DNA from: Podarcis cretensis
Lineage: Eukaryota
Assembly (NCBI GenBank): GCA_951804945.1
Contig: OX638151.1
Location: 31,620,001 to 31,684,000, forward strand
Direction: 5' to 3'
DNA length: 64,000 nt
Shown here in pieces: positions 1 through 11,742 of this stretch (positions are counted from its first letter, which is position 1; every line of letters starts with the position of its first letter). The notes beneath the pieces were generated by a model. It was not told where the DNA came from. It ran no database searches and saw nothing but the letters and a program-made list of their open reading frames with translations. The position numbers and the translations under genes are program-made.

Positions 1-939
1 TTTACAAAAGAGCAGTTGAAATCTCACATCAACTCAATATTGTCAGAACATATTGTTGGAATTAACTCCCAGCATGGACCCACACCAGTCCCAATAAATG
101 CAAGATTCCTTAGACAGAACCAATATCTGATCGGTATTCTAATAATCTTTATGGAAGAACTCGCTGCAACGTCTCTGGGTAACTGCCCTAAAATTCTTAT
201 AGTTGGAAAATCCTTTCTGATATCCAGCTTAAATTTGCTTTGCTGCAATTTGAATCCACGTTTTTCATCCTTTTTTTTTTTTTTTTTTTGTACATCTGGT
301 AAGCATGTGACCTCTTTGTCATGGCAATGGTCTACTTATTTGGCCCTCTTCAGTCTTCTTTCCTTTAAGTAAATATGGCCAGTCTTTTACCTTTTAATTG
401 TGTCTTGCATACCAGATAAATCTTCTTCAGTTTGTTGGTGCTAGCCTAAAAAGTGGATATAACTCTTCAAGCACAGAGTAATACAGTACTGTTTCCTTTT
501 ATGTCCGAGCCACCGTGTTTGAGTTAACTGGGCCCAAAATTACATTTCCATGTTTTGCAATCTAATTACATTAAATCCCTGAAACCCTTTACAGAAGAGC
601 TGGAGCCTAGTCCTTCTCATGTTCTAACATTGTATGGGGTTTACTTTTGGTATTGAATTTGGAAATACTCTGACCAGACCAAAAACATGAACTTGAGGAA
701 GAAGTTAAAAAAATCTCACAATACCCTGGAGCAGATTTAGGGGACACAGGGGAGACTGCAGGTAGAATGAGAGGAAGCAGTAGTCCTGTTGCATTCGTGC
801 AACATTGGTTATCAGCCTGATGTATTTTGGAAGTGCCACTTCTAAATTGCCACAAACATTGTGGTAATTGTTTTTCTTTTTTTTAATTACCTTCATGAAT
901 TAAAAACAGATTTAAAGTAAAATTTATCTTCTTCTTGGT

Positions 940-942
<3 letters not shown>

Positions 943-974
<32 letters not shown>
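943..974. repeat. (AC)16 microsatellite
   Basis: Directly visible. Confidence 0.95.
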
Positions 975-976
<2 letters not shown>

Positions 977-1014
977 CTTCCCCCTTTTAATAGTTATTTT
1001 CCATTTTCTTCTAG

Positions 1015-1138
1015 CTATGCAGCTCTGATAGCTGACTGGCCGGTGGTGGTTTTAGGCATGTGTACTGTGTTAATTGTGGTGTGTGCATTGGTTGGAATAC
1101 TAGTCCCAGATCTTCCAGACTTCTCTGATCCATTATTG
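1015..1138 (+). CDS. DISP1: DISP1 internal coding exon (TM1 region: [41 protein letters not shown])
   Basis: Pyrimidine tract + ctag acceptor (AG 1013-1014), TTG|GTAAGT donor, 124 nt, phase 2 to 0; peptide matches recalled vertebrate DISP1. Upstream exons lie outside the window. Confidence 0.95.
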
Positions 1139-1783
1139 GTAAGTAAACATTATCATCTTGTGCTGTCAAATCGTTGTGTTATTTCCAGCAGTAATGGTAA
1201 GCAGAGAGCTGTAAGAATTCTCAGCAAATGTATTATATTGCTTTCAAATACAGATGTGTGCAAATCAAAACGCCAAATCTGAATATTTATGAAGTTTGGT
1301 AGTTGAGCCCAGATGTCTTCAAATATGTCTGCGCAGCTGCTGAACCTTTTAATCAATAACACACAAATTGAAAAGATTTCTTCCAGCAGCACCTCTGAAA
1401 ATAATTTGAGTTTTGAATGTGCTGTATAGAAGGCAACTCCAGTAAAAGGAAGATTATGGGTTTATTAAATGGTAATGACTAGATTATAGAGTATAACACC
1501 ATCAGTGTTATGAAATGGTACATGGAATATCTATCCTGTTAAATTTTAAAATTCGTTTACCAAAAGTATTGTGTAATCATATTTGGAGTAGAAGCATTGA
1601 AGTCAATGGGTGGAGTTCAACATTACACTATTAGAAACATTCTGTCTGTGTAAGCATAACAGCTCACCCAATGGAACAATCCTCTTCCCCTCCTGCTTGC
1701 TGACCCCTCCTGAGGCAATTTTGGGAGGATTCAGTTTGTGGGGGCGGGGAGCCTTTGTGAAGAACTTCTGAGTATCTTTAGTT

Positions 1784-2208
1784 TTGGGGTTTTTTAAAGA
1801 CATTTTATTAATTTTACAAATAAAAAGTACAAATAAACTCACATCAGTAGAGTAATACTGTATGTGGAGATTCTCTGAATCTTGCGACTTCCCCCAATCC
1901 CATCCATGGAGTCTTATTTTGAACATCTACAACTGCATATTAATGTGTACTCCAGTTTTTATATCAAACCATATTATCCACAATGTTTTTTACACTACAA
2001 GTGTGTCAAAATCCTGCTCTTGTTTACATCAGCTTGCAATGGTCTCCTAAATAACTTGTAAATTTTTTCCATCCTTTTATAAAGTTTTAATCCTCTTGGT
2101 TTCTGAGTTTTCCAGTCAGCTTTGCCATCTCTGCATTAGTCCATCAACTTGGCTTGCCATTCTTCTCTGGTAGGGACTTTGTCATCTTTCCAACTATGGG
2201 CCAATAAC
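1784..2208 (-). mobile_element. 5'-truncated L1-clade LINE 3' end
   Basis: Minus strand encodes degenerate MLLAHSWKDDKVPTREEWQAKLMD..AEMAKLTGKLRNQED (L1 ORF2 C-terminus type), A-rich tail, 10-bp TSD ATCTTTAGTT (1774-1783/2209-2218). Confidence 0.75.
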
Positions 2209-2451
2209 ATCTTTAGTTGAGATTCCTGCATTGCAGTGGGGTGAACTAGATGACCCTTGGGGTCATCACCCAGTGGGGTTTTTTATGTTACATTTATATC
2301 CCTCCACTTTTCCTCCCAGAAGGTACACATGTCTCTTCCCCCACATTTTCTCTTCACAACAACCCTGTGAGGTAGGTCAGGCGAAACACGCCCAAGATCA
2401 CCCGGTGAGCTTCACGGCTGGGTGGGGATTTGATCCCTGGTCTCTCAGGTC

Positions 2452-2727
2452 AAAGTGGTTAGGAGCGGTGGACTCGTAATCTGGGGAACTGGGTTCGCGT
2501 CTCCGCTCCTCCACATGCAGCTGCTGGGTGACCTTGGGCCAGTCACACTTCTCTGAAGTCTCTCAGCCCCACACACCTCACAGAGTGTTTGTTGTGGGGG
2601 AGGAAGGGAAAGGAGAATGTTAGCCGCTTTGAGACTCCTTCAGGTAGTGATAAAGCGGGATAACAAATCCAAACTCTTCTTCTTCTTCTTCTTCTTCTTC
2701 TTCTTCTTCTACTACTACTACTACTGC
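2452..2727 (+). mobile_element. Squam3(B)-like tRNA-derived SINE with (CTT)n/(CTA)n tail
   Basis: tRNA-like head with B-box (gggttcgcgtctcc), body gggtgaccttgggccagtcac, end aaatccaaact(ctt)n. An older related SINE lies in the opposite orientation at ~2290-2450. Confidence 0.75.
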
Positions 2728-4184
2728 TACCCCACAATGAAATCATTGTAGTCTTCTATTCTTGCCTGGCATTTAGCCTCAGTGGTCAGGCATTTTGTTA
2801 ATCGGAGACAGTAAAGAGGATAACAGTGGCAATACAGCAAATGATCCAGGGGTTGTAGAAATCACAGCCTGCTTAACACAATCCCCATGACTGCATAACT
2901 TGGCTGCTCATGCAGCAAACTACTGGGTGCAGATTTTTGCACATGTATTGAATGTTGTCAGTTTCTCTCTGTACTGCAATGAAACTGTGATAGGGTGTTT
3001 TTACATCACATGGAGACAAACCAGATGATGGCAGCCAGTAGTGGGGCACTTTGTACTGATGGTTCGCTGCATGTAGCAACTATTATGGAGGTGGCTTTGC
3101 ACAGTCTCAGGGGTGTTTTTTTCATGTGGAGCACGTCTACACATGCTTAGGTTATTGGAGCTTCATACATTTCAAAGCCCAGTGTGAGCAATATGGGAAT
3201 TGTGTGGTCTCTCGAGACAGAGACAACAGAGCATGCAAACAATGGGAGCATGAAGATGAAAGAGGAATATTTGGTTAGTAATCGGCTTTGCTAACAATAA
3301 AAAACAAGCCATCAAAGGTACAGAGAGTCTTCTGGGCTGGGGGCAGGGGGAGAGAATAACTACACTATTAAAAGTTGTCGCAGAACCATCTGGTTGAACT
3401 ATTTAGGTGAAGTCGGCTGTAGCGTGCTCCTCATTAGACATTACATGTGCCACTGTTGGCATAGACATAAGAATCCATAAATGGTTAAACAAGGCAAGGA
3501 TTATGAGTCCAAACCCTCTAATTTTATCTTATTTTTAAAGAAACAACCGTTGGCAAGCTTTAGACAGTTTCATTTTATTGCAGGCACACCTAAAGCTATA
3601 TTTCAGTCAGGGTCTAGACATCACAGTTTGTAGGCTTATTACTTGAGCAGCTATGTTTTCCCTCTTGGACTACCATAGGGATTGAATACATTGTAGGAAA
3701 ATTCTCAAACAACTAAGAACCACGCTAGGCACACCATTAATTGCATGAATGGTGTTAACGAGCAGCCTGGGGACCTTGGACTAAAGAAGTTTCTCTCATA
3801 TTTGCGCTCTCGCGCTCTCTGCCACAATCCCAACAAAAATTATCCCTCTGAAGTTTCAAGTGAAATCTCCATTGTCACCTATGGGACATTCCCTTTCAAT
3901 GCAAATAGCAGCTTCCCAAAGGTGGCATTTGCAAGGCCCCCGGTGGAGATGGAGAGGGAAGAGGGGAGGATAATTAAACATTTCTATCCACTGGTCCCCA
4001 GAATGCTCAATCTGTGTCTACCTTCGCCTATGGAAGAGCAAGACTTGGTGGTAGTGAATTTGTTGCATAGGACTGCAGAGAGAGGGCTTTCTAATGAAGG
4101 TTTCTCATCAATTGGACTTGCTAACATCCTTTTCAAATAGAAGGATGGCATGCGCTAAAAAAGCTCTCTAATGTTTTGCCATAG

Positions 4185-4312
4185 GGTTTTGAGCCAAGAG
4201 GAACTGCAATAGGACAGCGGCTGGTTACCTGGAATAATATGGTGAAAAACACAGGCTACAAAGCAACCTTAGCAAACTATCCTTTCAAATATGCAGATGA
4301 GCAGGCTAAGAG
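4185..4312 (+). CDS. DISP1: DISP1 coding exon ([42 protein letters not shown])
   Basis: catag acceptor, AG|GTAAGA donor, 128 nt, phase 0 to 2, in frame with flanking exons; not in the ORF track, translated by hand. Confidence 0.96.
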
Positions 4313-5169
4313 GTAAGAGCTTTTCAACCATGTTCTCTTCTGCTGTTGTTTTCCACTTACATATCGTATGAAACTAAATGTGGGAACTTATTTTAAACCT
4401 CTCCTCTCCCCCCCCCCCACCATACAACAAAAATAGCACTGCACACTTTTAACATCTGGCTCTCTTAATCATAAGCCCTGGTCAGTGTTAATAACAAGGT
4501 GGCATGCTAACAAACATTTACAGTGATATAAAAAACTATTTTGAATATTTGAATTCTTAAACCCTGGAAGTCATGTGAAACTTGATTTATTTTCTTAGGG
4601 AATTCTTACTTTATCCAGCGGCCACAGCCGAAAATGCGTAATGGAGCAGTATGCCCATATTAGTATAAAAAGCAGAGAACAGAGAGTAATGATGTTGTTG
4701 ACCCTGTTTTATGTTAGTGTTCTTTTAATGATAGAACTGTTCTTGAAAATCATGGTAGGAGCAGCTTGTTCTTTGTTTGGTTGTGGATAGGTATTCATCC
4801 CCCCTCCCTCCCGCATTCAGCTATATTTTAATTAATTTATTTTTAAGTGATTCATGGTGGGTTGCTCCACCCACCTGTCAGAGTTATCCTGCAGGTCGTG
4901 GGAGACATAAGTTCCCCATCCCTGCCAAAAACTGTTCTGCCAACCAGATTTTCCTGACCCTAACCAGTGACAACCTCAAGAAGTTCCAAACATCTGAGTA
5001 AAGAGGTATGTCTTTAGCACCCAACAAAACTGGAATACATTTATCTTCATGGCACTCCCCCCTCCCCCGCCACCTTTTTGTGCAGTTACTATTGAAACAA
5101 AGATAACTGTTAAAAGTGTAAGCTGTTTGACTGCTATATTTTAAAAGATGAAAAATTGTTCTCTCTTAG

Positions 5170-5267
5170 CCATCGAGATAACCGATATTCAGATGATCAC
5201 TATGAAAGAGAGAAGAGAGAAGCAGACTGGAATTTCCACAAGGACAGCTTTTTCTGCGACATTCCAA
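5170..5267 (+). CDS. DISP1: DISP1 coding exon with furin site ([32 protein letters not shown])
   Basis: ctctcttag acceptor, CAA|GTGAGT donor, 98 nt, phase 2 to 1; REKR at 5207-5218. Confidence 0.96.
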
Positions 5268-5310
5268 GTGAGTGTTAAGTGTGCAAAAATGTTAGGAAAT
5301 GAATCTAAAG

Positions 5311-5427
5311 CAGGCATAGGCAAACTCGGCCCTCCAGATGTTTTGGGACTGCAACTGGTCCTGTTAGCTAGGGATGATGGGAGTTGTAGTCCCAAAACAT
5401 CTGGAGGGCAGAGTTTGACTATGCCTG
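5311..5427. mobile_element. Palindromic hAT-type MITE
   Basis: TIRs CAGGCATAGGCAAACT/AGTTTGACTATGCCTG, long inverted arms, perfect 8-bp TSD ATCTAAAG (5303-5310/5428-5435). Older relatives at ~11478-11598 and ~59480-59619. Confidence 0.9.
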
Positions 5428-6558
5428 ATCTAAAGCATGTGAGGAAGATGAACTAATATTTTACTTACAGTTGGTGCTATCTGTTGACCTTTTCAATTTC
5501 CCAGGAAATGTTCTTTTCAGTTTGTGAAAAGCAAGGGATGATTACCAAGCTACAAGTTCTTACTACCTTTAAGAGATTATCACCATAGTAGTGGCATTTA
5601 ACATGCACTTGTTTCCCCCCACCCATTAGATGATACGAAAATGTGCATGGGTGGAATTCAGTGTCCTGGTACTAGAAAGAGTGGGTCTACACAAGCATAT
5701 CAGACAGAACAATCCTCTCTCCCCTCTGCGGTCACTGTCTAGGGAGTCTCTAGATACACCCCCCCAAGCCCATTGTGGGGGGCACACAGGGAAGGAGACG
5801 TCACACAAACAGAAGTCCTGCACATGGCTTCTGCTATCAGGGTTCATTAGATGAATCCTCCACAATATTTCCAGGAAATCAATTTTTTACTTCCTTACCA
5901 GCTGCAGCTTTGTGAAGTTTGTGGTGTGGGAAGAAAGGGCATTTTGCATGTCCTCCTTTCTCACCACTGGAAGTAAATGGATAGCTGAATGCTTGCTTCT
6001 CCTTGGTGCTAGAACAAATGGGAGAGGTGTAAATGCTCCTCCTTCTTCTTTTAGCCCAGCCCACTCACACCAATAACACATTGGTCCCTTTGGCGCCATT
6101 TTTCAAAGTGTATTGATACTGAAAGTGTATGCACTAAAGTAAGACACTTGACTCTAGCAACTGATTATTACAAACTCAACATTTCTGAAAATGAATGTTA
6201 ACTTTATAAAACACCCCCCAGTTTCTATGTGCTGCTTTTCTTGGCAATTAGTTTCTATATGTTAATATAGTACAGAAGATGGTTTAGGCACACCAATTTA
6301 GGTAGGCTACATATTTTTATTATTAATAATAATTATTATTATTTTATTCATTACATTATAATTCCGCCTTTCCTCCATGAAGTTCAGTACTGCGTAAATG
6401 CTTCTCCACACCCATCCTATTCCCACAACAACCTTTTGAGGTAGGTTAGACTGAGACAGAGTGTCCCAGGGTGCTACTGAACTGAGAACATACCCTACAC
6501 TTTAACTCTCAAGGTCTTTAACATCAGAAACCTTCTTGATATGTCAATCTTATTTCAG

Positions 6559-6656
6559 GTGATCGCTATTCCCGAGTGGTATTTACATCAGCAGATGGAA
6601 ATAACTTGTGGAATTTACCTGCAATAAAATCAATGTGCAATGTGGATAATATGAGA
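6559..6656 (+). CDS. DISP1: DISP1 coding exon ([32 protein letters not shown])
   Basis: tatttcag acceptor, AGA|GTAAGT donor, 98 nt, phase 1 to 0; matches recalled DISP1 ECD1. Confidence 0.96.
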
Positions 6657-8408
6657 GTAAGTACAGATATCAAATTTTTATACGACTAATTGTGAAACTT
6701 CGTGTTCTTGTCTTTGATAATTACTAAAGTCTTGCTTGTCACAGCGTACTTATTGGCAGGCAACCATTAGGACAAAAGAAACTTTGCCTTTTACGCTGGT
6801 AATGATAATGCTGCCCAACATTTCTTTATGACCCCTTCTCAAGGTTAACAGTGCTGTCTGCTTCATTTTTTCCTACCCATTCCTATTCTGAATACTTTGT
6901 CTGAGGAGAGGAGCAGGATTTAGTATGCATTTTTCAGAATAAGACTTTGTCTTTCTCATTGATTGTTTTGTCATCTTGGCGAGGAAGCATTTTTTGCCCG
7001 TTTACAATACTCCTTAAAGTAGTTTTGTTGTGTGTGATTCCGTGAGTTGCTTAGGTTTGTAAGTCCAAAAGGGAATAGGTTGGCAATAGGGAATGCAGAC
7101 ATATATACAGTAACTTGCGTAAGTACCCCCCTGCAGCCCCCCAAAATAATTCAATCCAGATCGTGGTGTTCTGAGAAAGCAAAGTTTGCTTCCTCTTCAG
7201 AGCACAGGGGGATGAAAGAAGACACTTTGGTCTTGACTGCTCTGATCAGGAGAGAATGTTTTCCATCATCAAAATAGTTAGGGCCTTTTTTTATTCCCCC
7301 AAGGAACCAAAATGTAAAAAGTAACAGGCAGCCTCAGGGACTTCGTGAGTTCCTCCTGCATGTGTTAGAAGTTAACGTTGCATATAGTTGAGAATGAAGT
7401 CTGGTTTTAACTAATGGACCTTAACTGATGCAAGGTCTTTGGTAAAGTGAAGAGTATGTTCATATTGTGTATCTATGATATGTGAGCTTGTCACTCTCTG
7501 AATCTACAGTAGTTGGTATACTTTGACAGGTGCTGGAGCCTCAAAAGATGGTTGGTTCATTGTCTTGATCCGGATTGGATCACCATGCAAACTGCATGTG
7601 CTGGTGTCCAGTCCAGATTGGGACTCTAGCAGGAGAGAAAAGGGCTGTTGTCCCCCTGCTCCTCTCACCATGGTCCCAATCTGGGCCTGGTGTCCTGTGC
7701 TGGCTATTTCCGAAAGAAAAGCCACAGACAAACCACATGATTGGTGTCACGTGTAGTTTGCCCCTCGCTGTGCTGCTTGGCGGGCTGGTAGGGAAATGGA
7801 AAACTAGATTTTTGTGGGTTATCAGATTGTTATGTCCAACAATGCAAGAATCCATGCAAGTGGAAGTATGAGCACTCAGTTGTGGGATGTGTGTGCAGGA
7901 ATGAATGGGTAATAACTTATTTAGGGTTCACGTAATCATTCATTGTTGCAAGGCTTTCGCAACCCAACCTGCACGCTAGCTATAAGGGGAAATGTTTCAG
8001 TTACTGCTTAATACTAATATCTGCTTTTGAAAAAAGAATGAAAGAAAAACCTGCTTTTGAAGCACCACAAAATTGCAAAAGAAAACTGAATTCAAGCTGA
8101 AGAGCTTGTAATAGTGCTTTAATTTTTTTTCCAGTTCTAGGTGATTATAATAAAGCAAACAAGCCATTTATTTTATAACATAATTTTATTCAAGCAGCTT
8201 GACAGCTTTGCAGCACACTTGCATGGATGTTTACTTTAGAGGCACTTGAATAATTCTTATTATCATCATGATGACGAGGACGATGTCTAGCATAATCCCA
8301 ACTGTGGTTGAGTTGAAATCGTGGGCTACTTTTAAACCAGATGATAGCTTCTCAAGTTATTTGCTATCTTTGTAGACTCTATCATGAGTATTTGGAGAAG
8401 TAGCAATA

Positions 8409-8505
8409 CAGTGGTATCTTGGGTTAAGAACTTAATTTGTTCTGGAGGTCCATTCTTAACCTGAAACTGTTCTTAACCTGAGGTACCACTTTAGCTAATG
8501 GGGCC

Positions 8506-8545
<40 letters not shown>

Positions 8546-8659
8546 GCCGTGGCCGCGCAATTTCTGTTCTCATCCTGAAGCAAAGCTCTTAACCCGAGGT
8601 ACTATTTCTGGGTTAGCGAAGTCTGTAACCTAATGCGTCTGTAACCCGAGGTACCACTG
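8409..8659 (+). mobile_element. Tc1/mariner (Tigger-like) MITE, family A, with internal (GCT)12
   Basis: TA TSDs, TIR consensus CAGTGGTACCTCGGGTTA; five copies in the window. Confidence 0.9.
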
Positions 8660-10108
8660 TATTACCCAGATATTAAAATGATGGCTTCTGGTTAGAAAAG
8701 CTTTCAATACTGAATGAGCTAGGGGAATGGGAACTGCATTTAGTTATTCTAACGGAATTATTTTTTTAAAGTTTCATTGGCTGTTCAAGCCATATGGAAA
8801 TAGGTGGTGTTTTTAAGTGTGTGTTGTATTTAGAAAACAGCTCTATCCTATTGCAAACCTCTGGATCTTTGAACTGAGGCTGTCTTGCCCAGTAATGAGG
8901 CATTGATGTCTTCTGTGGTCTTTCATCTTTATTAATGTCTCTCTCTTGTTGCCTGCTATCCGTATCTCATTCCAGTTCATGTTCCTTTAAAGGCCTGACT
9001 CCTCCTGTACTCAAGTCAATGCCATTAACTCATGTGGAAGCAAATCCAACTCATTTGGTGTTTTGAAAGTTTAAGTTTAAGGTCTGCCATATTTCCTTTC
9101 TGTGCCATTATGTGTTTTAATGGAAACTTTGATTAAATTCCCAGCATTTCCATAAGAGGGGGCGGGATATTATAAATTGTATTGCCAGCTGTGTACCAGT
9201 CATACACAAATTGTCTTGGGCATGCAGTATCAGCTTTAGCCATCTGGCTTACTTATGCTTGGGAAAAGATCCTATAATTCTTCACACATTGCACCCACAT
9301 AATCTTAATGTTAATGCCATATGCAGAATGGCTACAGGATTCAGCCCCCAGTTTGTATATTGCTAACGTTTAAGCCCTTTTAAAAATTGATCATATGCTT
9401 TTAGATTTTAACTGACCTAGAAATCTTCTCTAGGGTGCTTCCCAAAAACAGACTCACAAGTGAGATTCCAGTATAGGAAAATCCTGCTGCAAGTAGATGT
9501 ATAGATTTGTCTAGAACTATTTCAATCTGGGTTTAGAAGAGGGTTTGGGACTAAATTGGCCTGGAGAGGGAGAGGGGGAGTGTGACCCTGCTGCTTCTGG
9601 TTGATCTCTCATTGGCTTTTGATATTATCAGCTCTTGGACCAACCTTGGGAGATTGGCACTGGGGGCACTGTTCTGCCATGGTTCTGGTCTTATCTCCAG
9701 GAAAGGTTCCAGAAGATAGTATTGGATGGGTGTTTCTCAGTTTCCTGGCTTTTGAGTTATGTAGTGCTGCAGGGCAATGTATTAGCTTCCAGTGCTATTG
9801 AACATCTATAGGAAGTTAATGGGATTGGTCGTTAGGAGATATGGGGTGAGGTGTCATCCATTCATTGCTGGTACCCAACTCTGTGTCACTGTAACAGAGA
9901 ACTGGAACTGGCTAAGCGAGCACTGAATCAATGTCTGGATGCACTGGTGGGCTGGGCGAGGGCTAATAACCTGCGTGTGAATCCTGGCAAGCAAGAAGCT
10001 CTGTGAGTGCGCAGTTCCCCGGTGAGGGAAGTCAGACAGTTGCTTGCCCTGTATGATGTTGCACTATCCTTGAAGAAGCAGGTGCATAGTCTGGGGGTTC
10101 CCCTAGAT

Positions 10109-10488
10109 CTGGGGGTGCCCAAACTTTTTTCAAAGAGGGCCAGATTTGATGAAGTGACCATGCGTGAGGGGGCAAACCCAAGTTGTTGAGCTTTTTTTAG
10201 CATTGAAGTTACAGTGGTACCTTGGGTTACAGACGCTTCCGCTAACCCAGAAATAGTACCTTGGATTAAGAACTTTGCTTCAGGATGAGAACAGAAATCA
10301 TGCAGAGGGAGGCCTCATTAGTTAAAGTGGTACCTCAGCTTAAGAACAGACCTCCAGAACAAATTAAGTTCTTAACCCGAGGTACCACTGTACTGAGTTG
10401 TTTTTTAGGATTTTACCCCCAGACATATACTGCCACAGGGTTCCAGCGGGCCGAATTAAGCCCCCAAAACCGAGTTTTGACATGCCTG
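10109..10488. mobile_element. hAT-type MITE (hosts a mariner MITE)
   Basis: 8-bp TSD CCCTAGAT (10101-10108/10489-10496), imperfect TIRs ctgggggtgcccaaac / ttttgacatgcctg. Confidence 0.8.
10212..10390 (-). mobile_element. Mariner MITE family A, internally deleted
   Basis: TA-CAGTGGTACC...GGTACCACTG-TA; reverse orientation to 8409-8659. Confidence 0.88.
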
Positions 10489-10655
10489 CCCTAGATGCAG
10501 CTCTGTTACTGATGGTCTTGGAGTGCCTTCTACAGACTTCTACAGCAGTTTCTCAATCAGGACAGCTTGACCATGCAGTGGTAGCCTCAAGTTTGAATTG
10601 CTGCAGTGTTCTCTCTGAGGGGGCAACCCTTGACATTGTTCTGGAAGCTGTAGCT

Positions 10656-10979
10656 CAGGGGTCAGCAACCTTTTTCAGGCGTGGTCCGATCCACCATCCT
10701 GCAGACCATGTGGTGGGCCGGACTATATTTTTTTTTTGGGGGGGGGGGGGAATGAACGAATTCCTATGCCCCACAAATAACCCAGAGATGCATTTTAAAT
10801 AAAAGCACACATTCTACTCATGTAAAAACACCAGGCAGGCCCCACAAATAACCCAGAGATGCATTTTAAATAAAAGGACACATTCTACTCATGTAAAAAC
10901 ACGCTGATTCCTGGACCGTCCTCGGGCCAGATTGAGAAGGCGATTGGGCCACATCCGGGCCTTAGGTTGCCTACCCCTG
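10656..10979. mobile_element. hAT-type MITE with internal 64-bp duplication
   Basis: TIRs CAGGGGTCAGCAACC/GGTTGCCTACCCCTG, 8-bp TSD CTGTAGCT (10648-10655/10980-10987), direct repeat 10768-10831/10839-10902. Confidence 0.9.
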
Positions 10980-11601
10980 CTGTAGCTGGTGCAGAATATG
11001 GCAGCTAGGCTGCCTGTGGGGAGCGAACTGCAGCCAGCACACAACACCTTGTCTGCACGATCTACAATGCTTGCTAATTGCTGCTAGGTCAAGTTCAAGG
11101 TTTTGGTACTAGCATACATGGCTTGAAACAGTTTGGGGACCAGGTGGTTTGAGGTCTTACCTCTTATATACCCAGGAGGTCGCTTTGTTCTGCAAAAGAA
11201 CCCCTCTGTGAAGTCTCTAAACTGTCAGAAGCCCCCGTCCACAGCAGGGCTTTTACTGCCACTGCCCACATCTTTCTATTGTATGATTGTTAATCACCTT
11301 GAAATTTATGTGAAAGCCAAGTCATAGATTAATAAACAAACACGTAGCAACTGCTTTCAAATTGTTTTCTGAGGAACTCTGGGGTTTCTTGGAAGCGTGT
11401 CCTCATTCTCCAGTGTGAAACATAGATAAAGTCCCCTAAAAGACAGGTCATCTGCCATTACCAGTCTTCTCTTAAAACAGAGATGGCTAAACTGCTGTCC
11501 TTCTGATGTTGTTGGGCTTCAACTCCCACCAGCCCTAGCCACCATAAGTAATGGAAGATGATGGACATTGCAGTCCAGCAACATCTGCAGGAGCAGAGGT
11601 A

Positions 11602-11742
11602 CTGTATTTTTAATACGCCCCTTATTTTGGGGGACTCCAATTTAAGAAAATGGGGGGAGATCCATCCGTGTATAAGACTCCCTGAAATTTTGGACATTAT
11701 TTTTTAGGGGGGAAACCTTGTCTTATACACAGAAAAATACGG
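11602..11742. mobile_element. Tc2/pogo-like MITE
   Basis: TA-CTGTATTTTT...AAAAATACGG-TA. Confidence 0.7.

Larger units (their letters stand above)
9480..11335 (+). mobile_element. Old L2-clade LINE remnant interrupted by three MITEs
   Basis: Degenerate RT/C-terminal blocks (CLDALVGW.RANNL..NPGK, LSLKKQVHSLGV, L.LVQNMAARL, KFKVLVL); boundaries approximate. Confidence 0.7.

Noticed and set aside
935-1282. 115-aa ORF with His-Thr repeat
   Set aside because: Read-through of the CA repeat and intron around the real exon 1015-1138.
2543-2746. Poly-Ser/poly-Arg ORF
   Set aside because: Antisense translation of the SINE (CTT)n/(CTA)n tail.
10768-10902. CRISPR-like direct repeats
   Set aside because: Only two copies with a 7-nt gap, inside a eukaryotic MITE, with no cas genes.
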